IMG/VR virus record: IMGVR_UViG_3300045988_158846
Span: 1 to 49,604 of that record
Direction: 5' to 3' (one strand)
DNA: 49,604 nucleotides
DNA from: a virus
The notes beneath the pieces were generated by a model. That model worked only from the letters and a program-made list of their open reading frames with translations. It had not been told where the DNA came from and ran no database searches. Position numbers and translations under genes: made by a program. Shown piece after piece: positions 15,054 through 27,603 of this stretch. Within the stretch, counting starts at the first letter, position 1; each line of letters begins with the position of its first letter.

Positions 15054-16742
15054 ATGGAATTAGAAAAAGAAGAATTAACCAGAAATGAATAGATACATAA
15101 AAAAGGTTTCGATATAACCGGCGGAACACGAGAGTATTCTGCGGTTGGGCCTACTGATTATAAAAAAATTAAAGTAGGAGTAAAAACACTTGATGATGCT
15201 GTTTTAAACCTTGGTTCATTTAGATGGGATACATATGGGCGTCGTAACGAAAAATATAGCCGTGAACGCATTTATACTAAACCAATGGTTATGGATGCTT
15301 TAATTCGTAATGATGTTTAGGAGTTACGCCGAATATCGCGTTTCTTTTTTAGAGTAAGTGGTATTTATCAAAGAGTATGTAATTATTTTGCAAATATGTA
15401 TCGCTATGACTGGGCTATTGCTATTTAGTCAAATAATACCGATGGAACTACAGTCAAGGATATTAATGAAACTAAAGCAGTAAAAGATTTCTGGCGAATT
15501 TTAAATTATTTAGATAATTCTTATATTAAGAAAATTTGTGGCGATATGGCTCTTGAAGTTATTAAATGCGGAGCTTATTATGCTTATATTGTTCCATCAA
15601 GTACTGGTCTAATTTTACAGTAGCTTCCTATTGATTATTGCCGTTCAAGATATTCTGTAGGTAATTTACCTGCTATTGAATTTGATATGAGATATTTTGA
15701 TACTTTTATAGATACTAATTACCGTAATAGAGTATTAAAATTATTCCCTGACGAATTTACAGTAGGTTATCGTCTTTATAGAGCTGGTAAGCTTTTACCA
15801 GATGTGGCTGGTGATAATAGTGGTAGTTGGTATTTATTAGACCCACAAAGCACAATTAAGTTTGCTTTAAATGGTACTAATGATATTCCATTATTTGTAA
15901 ATGCTATTCCAGCAATTTTGGATTTAGATGCCGCACAAGATTTAGACCGCCGCAAGTAGATGCAAAAATTATTAAAGATTTTAGTTTAGAAATTACCGCT
16001 TGATAAAAATGGTGATTTGATTTTTGATATTGATGAAGCTCGTGATATTCATAATAATGCTGTTGAAATGTTGCGTAGAGCTGTAGGTGTTGATGTATTA
16101 ACTACTTTTGCCGATGTAGATGCTATTGATACTTCTGATAAAAATACTTCTGCTACTACAGATGAATTAGAGCGTGTCGAACGAACTGTATATAATGCAT
16201 TTGGCGTTTCGCGCAATTTGTTTAATACAGATGGCAATATTGCATTGGAAAAGTCCATCTTAGATGATGAATCTACTATGCGCAATTTAATTTTGCAATT
16301 CAACATATTTTTTGATAGAATATTATCAGTCCTGAATGTTCAGAAAAAATATAATTATAAGTTCTATATGTTAGAAACTACACAATATAATTATAAAGAT
16401 TTATCTAAGATGTATAAAGAGCAGACTTAGATTGGTTTCTCTAAAATGCTACCTTAGATTGCTCTTGGACAATCATAGAGTTTTATTCTTAATACAGCTC
16501 ATTTTGAAAATGAAGTTCTACATTTAAGTGAAGTTATGATACCGCCTCTTATGAGTTCTACATTAAATGGTGAAGATATTTTGGGTAAAAAAGATTAGAA
16601 TAGTTCTAACACTTCTCAAAATAAAACAAGTGGAAATACCACTACTGTAAAAACAGAAACAAAAGAGAGTGGTCGGCCAGAAAAAGCTAATGATGAAAAG
16701 AGTGAAAAAACAATCGCTAATCGTCAAGCGGCTGGTAAATAA
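15054..16742 (+). CDS. putative portal protein (562 aa), ~11 in-frame TAG codons
   Basis: position immediately downstream of terL, size, acidic/Ser-Thr-rich C-terminal tail; ORF-track pieces 15687..15959 and 16017..16430 are in one frame. Confidence 0.5.
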
Positions 16743-16754
16743 GGAGGATTTATA

Positions 16755-18317
16755 GTGAGACATACAAGTGTTAAGTTAGATACTCCTGTTGAGTTTATTA
16801 ATATCACTAAAATCAATCCTTTAATTTCTAAATGTTAGATTAAAGTTTGTTATGTTGGTGATAAACCAAATCGCAATAGAAGTGTTATAACAAAAGAAGT
16901 TGCTAAAGATTTAGCGCAAAGTTTACCAGGTAGTCCTATCGTTGGTTATTTTAATGAAGCCAATGGTGATTATGAAGAACATAATCGTGTTATTGATATT
17001 TCTAATGGTAAATTTGATATTAAAGATACTACTGTTCCTTATGGTTTTGTAGACTTGGGAGCTAAAGTATGGTTTTAGAAATTTTTAGATGATGGAAAAA
17101 ACGAGCATGAATATTTAATGACTGAAGGCTATATCTGGACAGACATCTATCCAGAAAGTAAACGTATTATTGAAAAAGGTAATAATCAATCTATGGAATT
17201 AGATGATGAAAAAATTAATGCGTATTGGTCGAAAGATAAGAATGGAATGCCCGAATTTTTTATTATAAATGAAGCAATAATTAAGAAACTTTGTATTCTT
17301 GGAGAAGATTGTGAACCTTGCTTCGAAGGAGCTAATATTACTGCACCTACGATGCATTTCTCATTTAGTGATAAATTTAATGAGCAATTATTCTCTATGA
17401 TGAAAGATTTAAAAGAATTATTAGAAGGTAAAGGAGGAACAAAAGTGTTCACAAGATACAATGTGGAGATTGGTGATTCCATTTGGACTTCTCTTTATTC
17501 TTACATTAAGGGCTTCGGTGCTGGTAATGCAGTGATTGAAGAAGTTTGCGAAGACAATGGTAATTTATTTGCTGTTGTCAAGGAAGATGATAAGTTCGTT
17601 CGTTTAGATTTTTCTATGGAGAATGACACTTTCACTCCTGGTGAAATTTCTGGATTAACTGATTATTCTGTTTCTGAAAACCCTCAATTCGATCCTGAAA
17701 AAGTTGCAGAATTTGCGAAAAAAAAGGACGAAAAAGATAAAGACAATAAAGAGAATAATGATAATAATAAGAAAGATTCTTCTGAAGAACAGCCAAAAGA
17801 TGGCGAAAAGAAGGATGGTTCTGAAAATAAACCTGCTGATACTTCTGATGAAGAAGGAAAGCCAACTAAAGATGATGAAGAAGAAAAAAAGAAAAAGAAA
17901 GCTAAGTATTCTTTAGAAGATGTAGTTGAATATGGTTTATTAAAAGATGAGTATGCCGCTCTTGAAACTAAATATAATGAATTAGTTGAAAAGCAGACAC
18001 AGCTCGAACAAGAACTTGCTTCTCTTACTTAGTTTAAAACTGAGGCAGAAAGAGAAAAGAAGCAAGAAATGATTAATAGTTTCTATATGTTATCTGATGA
18101 TGATAAGAAAGATGTTGTTGCTAATATTGATACTTATTCATTAGATGATATTGAAGCAAAGCTTTCTATTATCTGTGTTCGCAATAAGGTCAATTTCGAT
18201 ACTAATGAAAAGAAAGAAAATGACCCACTTACATATAATATTAATAATGATGTAAATGAAGATAGCATTCCTGCTTGGATTAAGGCAGTATAGGATGTTG
18301 CGAAAACTATGGAATAA
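16755..18317 (+). CDS. putative scaffolding protein (possibly protease-scaffold fusion), 520 aa, GTG start, 4 in-frame TAGs
   Basis: Lys/Glu/Asp-rich low-complexity and coiled-coil C-terminal half (EEKKKKKAKYSLEDVVEYGLLKDEYAALETKYNELVEKQTQLEQELASL) between portal and capsid genes; RBS AAGGAGG. Confidence 0.45.
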
Positions 18318-18341
18318 TAAATTTTTAAGGAGGAAAACCTA

Positions 18342-19118
18342 ATGCTTTTAAAAGATATGCTTAAAGACCTAAGCGGCGTATCTGCTGTTAAGGGCGGCTA
18401 CGTTGAATATGGCTATGGTCAGGTTGAGCCTAATCATTTAAGTGCTCAGCGCACTGGTCAGATTTATGCTCAATTACCTGCTAACAGAAATATCCAGCTT
18501 CTTGAAAATGGCCAGTTTGTTAAGTATGACTATGCTGCTGGTGAGCTTGGTGAAGTTGATTTCACTGGTAAGGGCGAATGGATGTTAGTTTATAATGAAA
18601 TCAAACTTTATCGTGAGGAACAAGCTGATTGTGAATTTGCTATGCGCAAGGATGATTATCAGGCTCGTTTCTATAGCCCATACGATGGCAAGCAGGAAAT
18701 TGGTACACGCCAGGCTCGTTATCTAAATGGTAAGGATGCCGAAGGTAATACTTCTATTACTATTACAGACAGCCAAGGTGTACAACATACTTATGAATAT
18801 GACGATGTTACTGCTGGTCCTGATATTCGTGAACTCTTCTATGAAGAAGATCCTTTACACTTTGATGGTCCTTATCAGCCACGTAAAATGCCTGCGGGCA
18901 CAAACATGGTTCCTCGTGTTTTCAAGACCAATGTTGGTGATATTTTTACGACTAATACTATTGCTGAAGCTACTCTTGTAGTTGGCGATATTTTAAGTCC
19001 TCGTGCTGCTGACGGTATGCTTTCTAAGACCGGTGATGGCTCTATCCAGTGGTAGGTTGTCAAGGTTTATGAAATGCCTGACCATCAGAAGGGCGTTAAG
19101 ATTATGCGAATCGCGTAA
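18342..19118 (+). CDS. head-associated hypothetical protein (258 aa), one in-frame TAG
   Basis: ORF track 18342..19055 extended through TAG 19053 to TAA 19116; RBS AAGGAGG. Confidence 0.45.
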
Positions 19119-19135
19119 GAAAGGAGAGAAGAAAA

Positions 19136-20272
19136 ATGTTAGATAGAAAAAATCTTGTTCAATTAATGAAGACTGTCGCTAAGGCTGATCCTTCTGCTCC
19201 TACTGCTTACAGCTTTAATGGCGAAAGCCTTTCTTATGATGCTCTTAATGAAACTCTCCGCAGAGAATTAAATGAACTAGCTGGAACTTATTCTCTATAT
19301 CGTGATAATAAGAACCTTATTTTCTCAATGATTGAAGAAACCATTGATGAAGTTCTTCCTAAGAAAGTTGAAGAGCAATATAATCAGTTTGCTGAAGTTA
19401 AGACGTTTAAACAGGGTGACAAGCCTATTTTCCGTAGAAAGTTCAGCAACAATACTCGTGCAAAGCAATTCATCACTCGTGTCGGCCTAGCTGGTATCTA
19501 TGAAGTATTTAAGCTTGGTAAGACTGAAGAAAGCTTTGAAGTCCGTACAAGCGCTATCGGCGGAGCTGCTCAAATTGGATTTGAGGAATTCCTTGATGGC
19601 CGTGTCGATTTTGGTGTTGTTACTCAGATCGTCATGGAAGGTATGGATGAACTTATCTATAAAGAGATTGCTGGTGCTTTAAAGGCTTCTGTTAACCAGT
19701 TACCTCCTGCTAACCGTTTAGTTGCTAATGGTTTTGATGAACCCGGTTTTGATAAGTTACTTATGATTGCTTCTGCTTATGGTACTCCTACTATTTATTG
19801 CACTTATGAATTTGCTGTTCGTATGATTCCGAAGGATGCTTGGCGTTATACTGAAGCTATGAAAAATGAGCTTTGGAATACTGGTCGTCTTGCTTCCTAT
19901 AAGGGCTATAAAGTTGTTATTCTTGAGCAGGGCTTTGAAGATGCTACTAATGAAAAGAAAGTCATTGACCCAGGTTATGCTTGGATTATTCCTACTGGTG
20001 CTGATAGTAAGCCTGTAAAGGTTGCTATGGAAGGCAATACCATTGTTGATGAATATACCAATTATGATCGTAGTCGTGAAATTCAGGTTTATAAGAAAGT
20101 TGGCGTTATTGCTATGTTAGCTAATAACATCTGCTGCTATTGTGATACTGAACTTCTTGGTGATATGAAGACATGGCATCTTGATGGCGTAACTGGTAAG
20201 GTCCGTGACTATGCTGGTCAGATTACTGGTTCTCATGATACTATTGATGGCGGTAATGAAGATAAGCCGTAA
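19136..20272 (+). CDS. putative major capsid protein (378 aa), no TAG codons
   Basis: size and position after portal/scaffold; followed by strong terminator; RBS GAAAGGAGAG; TAG-free despite recoded neighbours. Confidence 0.5.
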   Translation: MLDRKNLVQLMKTVAKADPSAPTAYSFNGESLSYDALNETLRRELNELAGTYSLYRDNKNLIFSMIEETIDEVLPKKVEEQYNQFAEVKTFKQGDKPIFRRKFSNNTRAKQFITRVGLAGIYEVFKLGKTEESFEVRTSAIGGAAQIGFEEFLDGRVDFGVVTQIVMEGMDELIYKEIAGALKASVNQLPPANRLVANGFDEPGFDKLLMIASAYGTPTIYCTYEFAVRMIPKDAWRYTEAMKNELWNTGRLASYKGYKVVILEQGFEDATNEKKVIDPGYAWIIPTGADSKPVKVAMEGNTIVDEYTNYDRSREIQVYKKVGVIAMLANNICCYCDTELLGDMKTWHLDGVTGKVRDYAGQITGSHDTIDGGNEDKP

Positions 20273-20317
20273 TTGATATTAACTAAAAATTAATATATAA
20301 TATTTTTAGGGGAGAAT

Positions 20318-20350
20318 GGGGAAATCCCCTTCTCCCCTATTTTGTTTTAT
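20318..20350 (+). terminator. rho-independent terminator (aggggagaa...ttctcccct hairpin plus U-tract)
   Basis: perfect 9-bp stem enclosing a second GC stem, followed by ATTTTGTTTT. Confidence 0.65.
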
Positions 20351-20373
20351 GAGTAAAAGGAGAATAAAAAAAA

Positions 20374-20940
20374 ATGAGTAAAAAAATTTTAATAGTTACT
20401 AATAGAAGTGCTGGAATGGTTGTTTATACTATTCCTGAAGAAGGTATCCGCAGAGAATTTACACCTGGAGAAACTAAAAAAATTCCTTTTGAGGAATTAG
20501 AGAAACTTGCCTATCTTAGCGGAGGCCGCACTTTAATGGAAAACTTCTTAAAGATTGTGGATACTGAAACTACAGAAGAATTAGGTATTCATACAGAACC
20601 TGAATATTATTTAGACGACGCTGGAGTTATTAAGCTTCTTACCGAAGGGACTCTTGATGAATTCCTTGACTGCCTTGATTTTGCTCCTATTGGAGTTATT
20701 GATATGATTAAGAGTTATGCTGTATCTCTTCCTATGAGTGATTACAATAAGCGTAAGGCTCTTAAGGATAAAACTGGATTTGACCTTGATCGAGCATTAG
20801 CCAATAAGGAAGCTGAAGCTGCAGAGGATGAACAAATTACTCCAAAAGCTCCTGAACGTAGAGTAAAGACCGAAACTAAGTCTACAACGCCTCCTGGTCG
20901 TAGAACTACTCCTCGTTATAACGTTGTAAAAGAAGGTTAA
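20374..20940 (+). CDS. hypothetical virion protein (188 aa), no TAG
   Basis: ORF track; RBS AAAAGGAGAA; Pro/Thr-rich basic C-terminus. Confidence 0.5.
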   Translation: MSKKILIVTNRSAGMVVYTIPEEGIRREFTPGETKKIPFEELEKLAYLSGGRTLMENFLKIVDTETTEELGIHTEPEYYLDDAGVIKLLTEGTLDEFLDCLDFAPIGVIDMIKSYAVSLPMSDYNKRKALKDKTGFDLDRALANKEAEAAEDEQITPKAPERRVKTETKSTTPPGRRTTPRYNVVKEG

Positions 20941-20962
20941 TTATAAATAAGGAGGGTTTTAT

Positions 20963-21574
20963 ATGACATATTTTTATAAGATTTATGAACGCTTTTTAGG
21001 CAAAGTAACAGATGATATGTATTTAGAACTTACTCCTCATGATACATTTTTAGATTTACGTCAATTGCTTGTTGATAGCATCCCTGGATTTGAATTTCCG
21101 CGTAAAAAATTAGATTATGTTTTAGTTGATGAAGATGCTCCTGATTTTATAAAAGGGGAAATTGATGGCGGAAATATTGATATACCATTAGGCGGAGATT
21201 TATCTGAAGAAGTAGCTGGCAGTAACATTGATATAGATAATGCTTTTTAGGAGATATTTTCTGAAGAAAATACCTCCTATTTTAATGCCGATTTGGATGA
21301 TGAAGAAATTAATATCTTGGCTTTGATTATGGTTGAAGCTTGGGTAGAGCGTCAATTGGCCTCTATTGAAGTAACAAGAATGAAATATTCTGGTACAGAT
21401 TTTAAATTTACTTCATAGGCAAATCATATGTAGAAATTGTTATCATTGAGAACAGAAGTAAGACGTTAGGCCTTTCATATGCAGAGATTATATAAGCGTC
21501 GTAAAACTGATGATAATGGATATATTAAATCTAACTGGTCTGTTCTAAGGGAGGTAAGTGCCCTTGATGACTAA
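20963..21574 (+). CDS. putative head-tail connector/adaptor protein (203 aa), 4 in-frame TAGs
   Basis: ORF track 20963..21250 extended through TAGs to TAA 21572; position between capsid and tail genes. Confidence 0.4.
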
Positions 21575-21860
21575 ATATAATTTTAATATAGATAATGATT
21601 TAATTAATACTAATATTAATAGATTAACTAATTAGATATGGAAATTAATTCCTATGCGTGAAAATGAAGAAGATTGGTTATCTTAGTTAAATACTGTAAT
21701 TATTGAATTAACTGGTCTTGGGGAAATTTTTAATGATAGTTAGTATTTAATTCTTTTAAGTAAATTAGAAGGACTAAAAAATATTGAAATTGAATTTCCT
21801 ATTTATAGAAAGACAGTGTTTGAAGCTATTACTTTATTAAGGGGGCTTCACATTGAATAA
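21567..21860 (+). CDS. hypothetical protein (97 aa), 3 in-frame TAGs
   Basis: ATG overlapping the previous stop; continuous frame to TAA 21858. Confidence 0.35.
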
Positions 21861-22848
21861 AAATGAATATTTAGATGCAATGTATAACCGTATTCCAAAA
21901 GCCAATATGCTTACAAGATATTTATATGGCGATGGAGTAACAGGACAGCAAGAACGAATGATAAGAGATAAACGTAAAACATTAAGTAGAGCTTTACTTT
22001 ATTCTTATCAAGCTGCCTTGGTAAAAAAATTATATGATGATAAAGATACTATTGAACGTCGTGCATTAATTAATCCTGATAAAATAAAATAGGATTACGA
22101 TGAAAAAATTATTTCAATTGGTTTTGAAAGTAATTTTAAAACTGGGGATATTTTTTAGTGGTTAGGTACAAATACTTATTGGTTAATTTATTTACAGGAT
22201 TTAACTGAATTAGCTTATTTTCGTGGTAATATAAGACGTTGTTCTTATGAAATTGCCTGGGAAGATGAAAATAAAAATTATCATAAAACTTATATTGCTT
22301 TGCGTGGTCCTGTTGAAACTAAAATTAATTATATTCAAAAGCATGAAATTAGTATAGATACCCCTAATCATTCTTTAAATATATTATTACCTTATAATGA
22401 TGATAATGTAAAATTATGTTAGCGTTATAATAAATTTTATTTATAGAATGACCCTAATAAAACATGTTGGCGTATTGAAGCTACTGATTTGTATTCTACT
22501 CCTGGAATAATTGAAATTAATGCTGTCGAGTATTATTCTAATGAAACCGCTGATGATATTGATAATGGTATTGTCAATGGTTTAATATAGCCGGTTCAAG
22601 ATCCTAATTCGGGTAAGGAGAATGGCATTATAGGAGATACTTTTATTAAGCCTAAAGTAGTATATGAATATAAATATGATGGAATTAACTCTGGCGAATG
22701 GACTTGGGATAAAAAATTACCATTAACAGTTAAAGTAAATGAAGAAACAAATACTTTAAAATTACGATGGGAAACTACATATTGTGGCTAGTTTGATTTA
22801 TTCTACGGGCCAGAATGTAAAACCATTGTAGTTGAATCTTTATTTTAA
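21853..22848 (+). CDS. hypothetical structural protein (331 aa), TTG start, ~6 in-frame TAGs
   Basis: ORF track 21853..22092 extended in frame to TAA 22846; RBS AAGGGGG. Confidence 0.4.
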
Positions 22849-22869
22849 AGATGAAGGAGAAATCGGAGA

Positions 22870-23460
22870 ATGAAAATTGATAATGTAAAAAATCCAGAGT
22901 CAGCATTTTTAGCCCAAGAAAAAGATATGAGAATTATAGTTGATCGTATGGCCGCGAATCAACGTTTGCGTAAATTACTTTATTATACTACTCCTGATGC
23001 GTTAAAAAAACCAGAAGTAAGTGATTAGAATTTCGCAAAAATGTTTGGCAAGAATATAAGGAATTTACCAAAATTATATATAGATAAAGATGTTTTAAAT
23101 TATATCGTTATTAGTTTTGATAATTTTACTCCTAATGGAGATAATCCTGAATTTAGAGATAATACTATTGAATTTGATATTATTTGTCATTATAATTAGT
23201 GGCAATTAGCTGATTCTTTTTAGTTAAGACCTTATAGAATTGCTGCTGAACTTGATAGTATGTTAGATAAAAAACATTTAACTGGAATTGGGCAACTTAA
23301 TTTCGTCGGAGCATAGCAAATTATATTAACTGATGAATTTGCTGGACTTTGTTTATTATATGATACAATACACGGAGGAGAAGATAAAAAATTTATGCCA
23401 AATCCTGCTGATGAACAAATGTTTATCGAGGATTATTTTAAAATGCCTAAGATGAATTAA
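22870..23460 (+). CDS. hypothetical protein, possible tail completion/terminator (196 aa), 4 in-frame TAGs
   Basis: RBS AAGGAGAAATCGGAGA; continuous frame to TAA 23458. Confidence 0.35.
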
Positions 23461-24194
23461 TGGATTATAAACTTAGTTTAATGTGCGGGACAGATTTACC
23501 TGTTCCAGAAATTCCATTAACTCTCCATTAGCCTAAGATAAAGGAAATAGCATTAATTGGCGAAAAAGAATTTTTTACTGGTGCTTAGTGTCTTTGTATT
23601 AATAAAAATAGTATAACAAATCAGGACAAGAATGATTTGGATACTACTACCAATTTTTAGATATTTATGATGGTAATGCTATAGAAAGATAATAATGAAC
23701 GGCGTAAAGCTGCGCAATAGGTTCTATCATTACTATTCCCAAATTCAAAGTCTACATTTACTCCCAGATCTATTATTATTCAGTATAATGAGAGCGATAT
23801 TTAGATTAATATTGATAATAATAACTTTGAATTATTTTAGTAGGTAGCAAGACAAATTTTTTGTTTTGATACTAATAAAAATGGGCAAGATAATTATAAT
23901 CCTGCTAATAAGAAAGCTCAAGAAATAGCTAATAAATTAATGAAAGGGCGTCAAAGGGTCGCTGAACTTAAAGGGGTTACCGATTCAAGCATTTTGAGCC
24001 AATACGTTTCTACATTGACTATTGGATTAGATTCAATGTCATTAGAAGATTGTATGAATTTAACATTGTATTAGTTATACGATTTAATAGAAAGATTTTC
24101 TCTTTATACTAATTGGGATATTGATGTAAAGAGTAGATTAGCAGGAGCCAAGTCAGATAAAAAACCTGATAATTGGATGAAAAACATTCATTAA
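23460..24194 (+). CDS. hypothetical protein (244 aa), ~10 in-frame TAGs
   Basis: ATG overlaps the previous TAA; continuous frame to TAA 24192. Confidence 0.35.
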
Positions 24195-24273
24195 TTTTGT
24201 ATAAATCGCTTTACTAATTTTTGTAGCGAGTTATATAAATAAAATTTAAATTTTATTAAGGAGGAAATAACCT

Positions 24274-25437
24274 ATGAAATTTGGTGTTCGTGAGATATGC
24301 GATGTCGTATTAAAAGCTCGTGCTCCTATGAAGGTTGGTAATAAAGTTTTCTATGCGAACGAACCAGTTCTTTATTTCGATACATTAAAGACTTCTAGCC
24401 TTGAAGGTGCTTCTACGACCGTATATGCACAAGGCGGACGCGGCAATGCTCGTTTAGTAGCTTGGGACGGCGACCGTACTTTAACATTCACTATGGAAGA
24501 TGCTCTTATTTCTGCAGAAGGATTTATGATTCTTTCTGGTGCTGGTCTAATTGAGGCTTCTTCTAATAATACTATTAAACAGCATGTTACTGAAAAATCT
24601 ACTGCTGTTGAATTAGACCAGGATAAGAAGAGTGTTAATATTTATACTACTTCTCTTCCTTATGAGAATGTTAATGAAAAAGGCGAATATGTTGATGATG
24701 CTGATCATTATATTTATGCTATGTTAGTAAAGAATGATGAGCCTACAACTGAACCTTACTTACCTCGTATTGAGCGTTATGAAAATGACCATAAACCTGT
24801 TATGTACCATTTAGTTGATGGTGTTTATACTAAGTATGAAAACACTGCTGCTGGTGATGTTGCTCGAAAAGCTGGTACTGTTATTTATTATTGCTTACAG
24901 ATTAAAGCAATTACTAAAACTATTTCAGCTCCTACTACTGAGAATCCAGATGCTACTAAAGAAGTAACTATTTATGATTTAGCTGATACGACTGAAGCTT
25001 ATTTAGGTTCTGATGGTAAAGAGCATTTTGTTGATGATCATCAGATTGCTAACTTTGAAAATGGCACAGTTCTTCTTGATTATTATATTGAGAAGGTAAG
25101 TAAGGTAAAGCAGATTGAGATTACTGCTGAATCCTTTGGTGGTAACTTCTATCTTGAAGCTTCTACCTTATTCCGTACTCAGGATGGTGTTGACCTTCCT
25201 GCTGAATTCATAATTCCTAACTGCAAGATTCAGTCTAACTTTACTTTCAGTATGGCTGCGACTGGTGATCCTTCAACTTTCACTTTCACTCTTGATGCAT
25301 TCCCTGGAACTACTCGTTTTAATCCTGCTAAGAAAGTTCTTGCAGCTATCCAGATCATTGAAGATGCAGTCGATTCTTCTCTATATCGTACTCGTACAAT
25401 TCATGATCCCACTCATGATAGCTATTTTGATATTTAA
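24274..25437 (+). CDS. putative major tail protein (tube or sheath), 387 aa, no TAG codons
   Basis: ORF track; RBS AAGGAGGAAATAACCT; tandem TAATAA stop and downstream strong terminator; position upstream of chaperone and tape measure genes. Confidence 0.5.
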   Translation: MKFGVREICDVVLKARAPMKVGNKVFYANEPVLYFDTLKTSSLEGASTTVYAQGGRGNARLVAWDGDRTLTFTMEDALISAEGFMILSGAGLIEASSNNTIKQHVTEKSTAVELDQDKKSVNIYTTSLPYENVNEKGEYVDDADHYIYAMLVKNDEPTTEPYLPRIERYENDHKPVMYHLVDGVYTKYENTAAGDVARKAGTVIYYCLQIKAITKTISAPTTENPDATKEVTIYDLADTTEAYLGSDGKEHFVDDHQIANFENGTVLLDYYIEKVSKVKQIEITAESFGGNFYLEASTLFRTQDGVDLPAEFIIPNCKIQSNFTFSMAATGDPSTFTFTLDAFPGTTRFNPAKKVLAAIQIIEDAVDSSLYRTRTIHDPTHDSYFDI

Positions 25438-25438
25438 T

Positions 25439-25606
25439 AATGGTTATCAATTCGACAGCTCCAAAACCTATTAAAAAAAATCAAGAGCAGAAGAAAGTTA
25501 TAATTGAAGAATCTAAGAAAAATGTAAAAAAGATTATAAAATCTAAAGATGCTCCTCTTACCGAAGATGAGCTAATTGAAAAAATCATTAAAGGAGAGGG
25601 TTAATC
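25439..25606 (+). CDS. small Lys-rich protein (55 aa)
   Basis: own reading (MVINSTAPKPIKKNQEQKKVIIEESKKNVKKIIKSKDAPLTEDELIEKIIKGEG); its 3' end forms the stem of terminator 25591..25623. Confidence 0.3.
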
Positions 25607-25623
25607 CCTCTCCTTTTTTTTAT
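25591..25623 (+). terminator. rho-independent terminator (aaggagaggg ttaa tccctctcctt plus 9-nt U-tract)
   Basis: seen directly. Confidence 0.65.
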
Positions 25624-25645
25624 TATGTGAAAAAGGAGATATAAT

Positions 25646-26926
25646 ATGGCAAAATTAACAAATGTTTAGAAAAATTAGTTAATTTATTATAAGCCAAAAG
25701 GCCGACAATATAAAAATGAAGAAATTACTCCTAAATACTTGAGTAATTTATTAAGTTCTTATAGAGAATTAATGCGTCCTAATAAAACTTTGGAGAAAGA
25801 AACTAATGATGCTAAATTATTGGAACAAGTATTAAATGGAATTAAATAGTACCAAAATAATTAGATAGATTCCAAAAATTATTCATTAGAAGATATAGTG
25901 GCAGATGCTGCATTAAATAATTTATTATTAAATTTGAAAGAAGTCAATCCACATCTATTTGAAGGAGCCGGATTAATTACCAGTAGTACAAATAAAGCAG
26001 CTTAGGGTGCGATGTTAGAAGATTTTATGAATGAATTTATTACTACAGTTAATGCTGCTTTTCAAGGTATTAATTTTGATTCTGGAGATATGATTTATAG
26101 AACTGGTGGGATGCTTGATGCTATAAATAATAAAAATTTAATATAGGATATTGGTAATGATGTAATGTAGTAGACAATTGATAAATTTAATAAAGTTATA
26201 AATACTGCTGCTTTTAAAAGTGGAAAAATTATAGATAAAGGCGGCGATAGTACTACCAGTAGACAAAAATATATTAGAAAAGGTACTTTTGTGCCGGTCG
26301 ATATTACTACAAATTAGATTGACAGTAAAGCTATTAAAGTAGATAATGCTGGATTAAACTATGATATAACTATTACAGCACAAGCAACTATGCTAGAAAA
26401 AGTAGTTAGTGCTTTATCTTAGGCTACATTCACCGATAAAAACTATTTAAGTACAAAAGAATTACATTTAGGACATACTAATCCTGTCAGAGTGTTTATG
26501 ACTGTTGCTGATGGAGATAGTTCTTATAAATTATATAGATATGCTCGTATGTTAAATTGTATGGCTAATCATCATGGAACGCATAATTCTCCTGAATTAT
26601 TTTATCGTATTCGTGCTATTTATGAATTAACTGGCGGAAAGCAAAAAGTTGAATAGAGTTATTTAACATCCAGTAATTAGAGTAGGCTGGGTGATTTAAT
26701 TACTGGGGCTGGTCATGCGAAATATTTAGTAGTTAATAATCCATAGGCCGGTGGATTTTTAAAAGTCATTCCCACTGCTGAATTAGTAAAAGATATTGAA
26801 TATAATCTTTATTATAATTAGAAACTTACATCTGGGGAATTTCTTAATTCTACTAAGACTGGTTCTATGTCTATGGAGCAGTCTCTATATAGTGATATTA
26901 GTTTAAAATTTAGTAGAATATTATAA
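25646..26926 (+). CDS. hypothetical tail protein (426 aa), ~14 in-frame TAGs
   Basis: RBS AAAAGGAGAT; continuous frame to TAA 26924. Confidence 0.4.
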
Positions 26927-26933
26927 AAAATTT

Positions 26934-26962
26934 TTGACTTTGGAAATTTTTTTTGTTATAAT
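26934..26962 (+). promoter_or_regulatory. consensus promoter TTGACT-17-TATAAT (second copy of the extended late-promoter motif)
   Basis: 'ttgactttggaaattttttttgttataat', about 75 nt upstream of the chaperone gene. Confidence 0.6.
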
Positions 26963-27038
26963 ATATTTGTAAAAAAATGAAAATTAAAAAATTTATCTAA
27001 ATAATTTTTTAAAATATAATAAAGAAGGAGGCGAGGTA

Positions 27039-27566
27039 ATGGCAAAATTGGCATTTTCCAAGCTTACACTTCAAAAAAACTCTTAGGTAAAAGAATGGAG
27101 TTTTAATGAGCAATCTATTGAAGTAAAGCAGTATTTGTCTATTAAGGAAAGAATGGATATTGCTTAGTCGGTCATTCAACAAGTCATTGATTTTAATAAT
27201 GAATTTTTGAATGAATTTGCTTTCCATATGTATATGGATTTAGCAATAGTATTTAATTATACAAATTTATCTTTTACTGATAAGCAGAAAGAAGATTTGT
27301 ATAAACTTTATGATTTACTTGTTGGATCAGGACTCATGAAAGAATTAAAGAAACAAGTAAATTGTAATCAAACTGATGATTTAGAAGTCTATACTTATGA
27401 AATGCTTAATGGATATTATAAATATCATAATAGTGTTTATGGGATTATGGATACTATAAATCAGAATTATTCTAATTTAAATTTAGATGTTAATGAGCTA
27501 CAAGATAAGATTTCTAATCCTGAGAGTCTATCTTTAGTAAAAGATATTTTAACCAAGATGGGTTAA
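27039..27566 (+). CDS. putative tail assembly chaperone (175 aa), 2 in-frame TAGs
   Basis: position immediately upstream of the tape measure gene; RBS AAGGAGG; ORF track 27207..27566 extended upstream through TAGs. Confidence 0.4.
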
Positions 27567-27603
27567 AATATTATAATTAATTTCTAATTTAAATAGGAAT
27601 ATT

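Noticed and set aside
17186-19063. Internal opposite-strand or alternate-frame ORFs (17186..17482 -, 17632..17865 -, 17704..17916 +, 18727..18981 +, 18875..19063 -, 19500..19682 +, 16049..16306 -, 16563..16763 -)
   Set aside because: All lie inside longer, better-supported plus-strand genes and have low-complexity or hydrophobic translations typical of AT-rich shadow frames.
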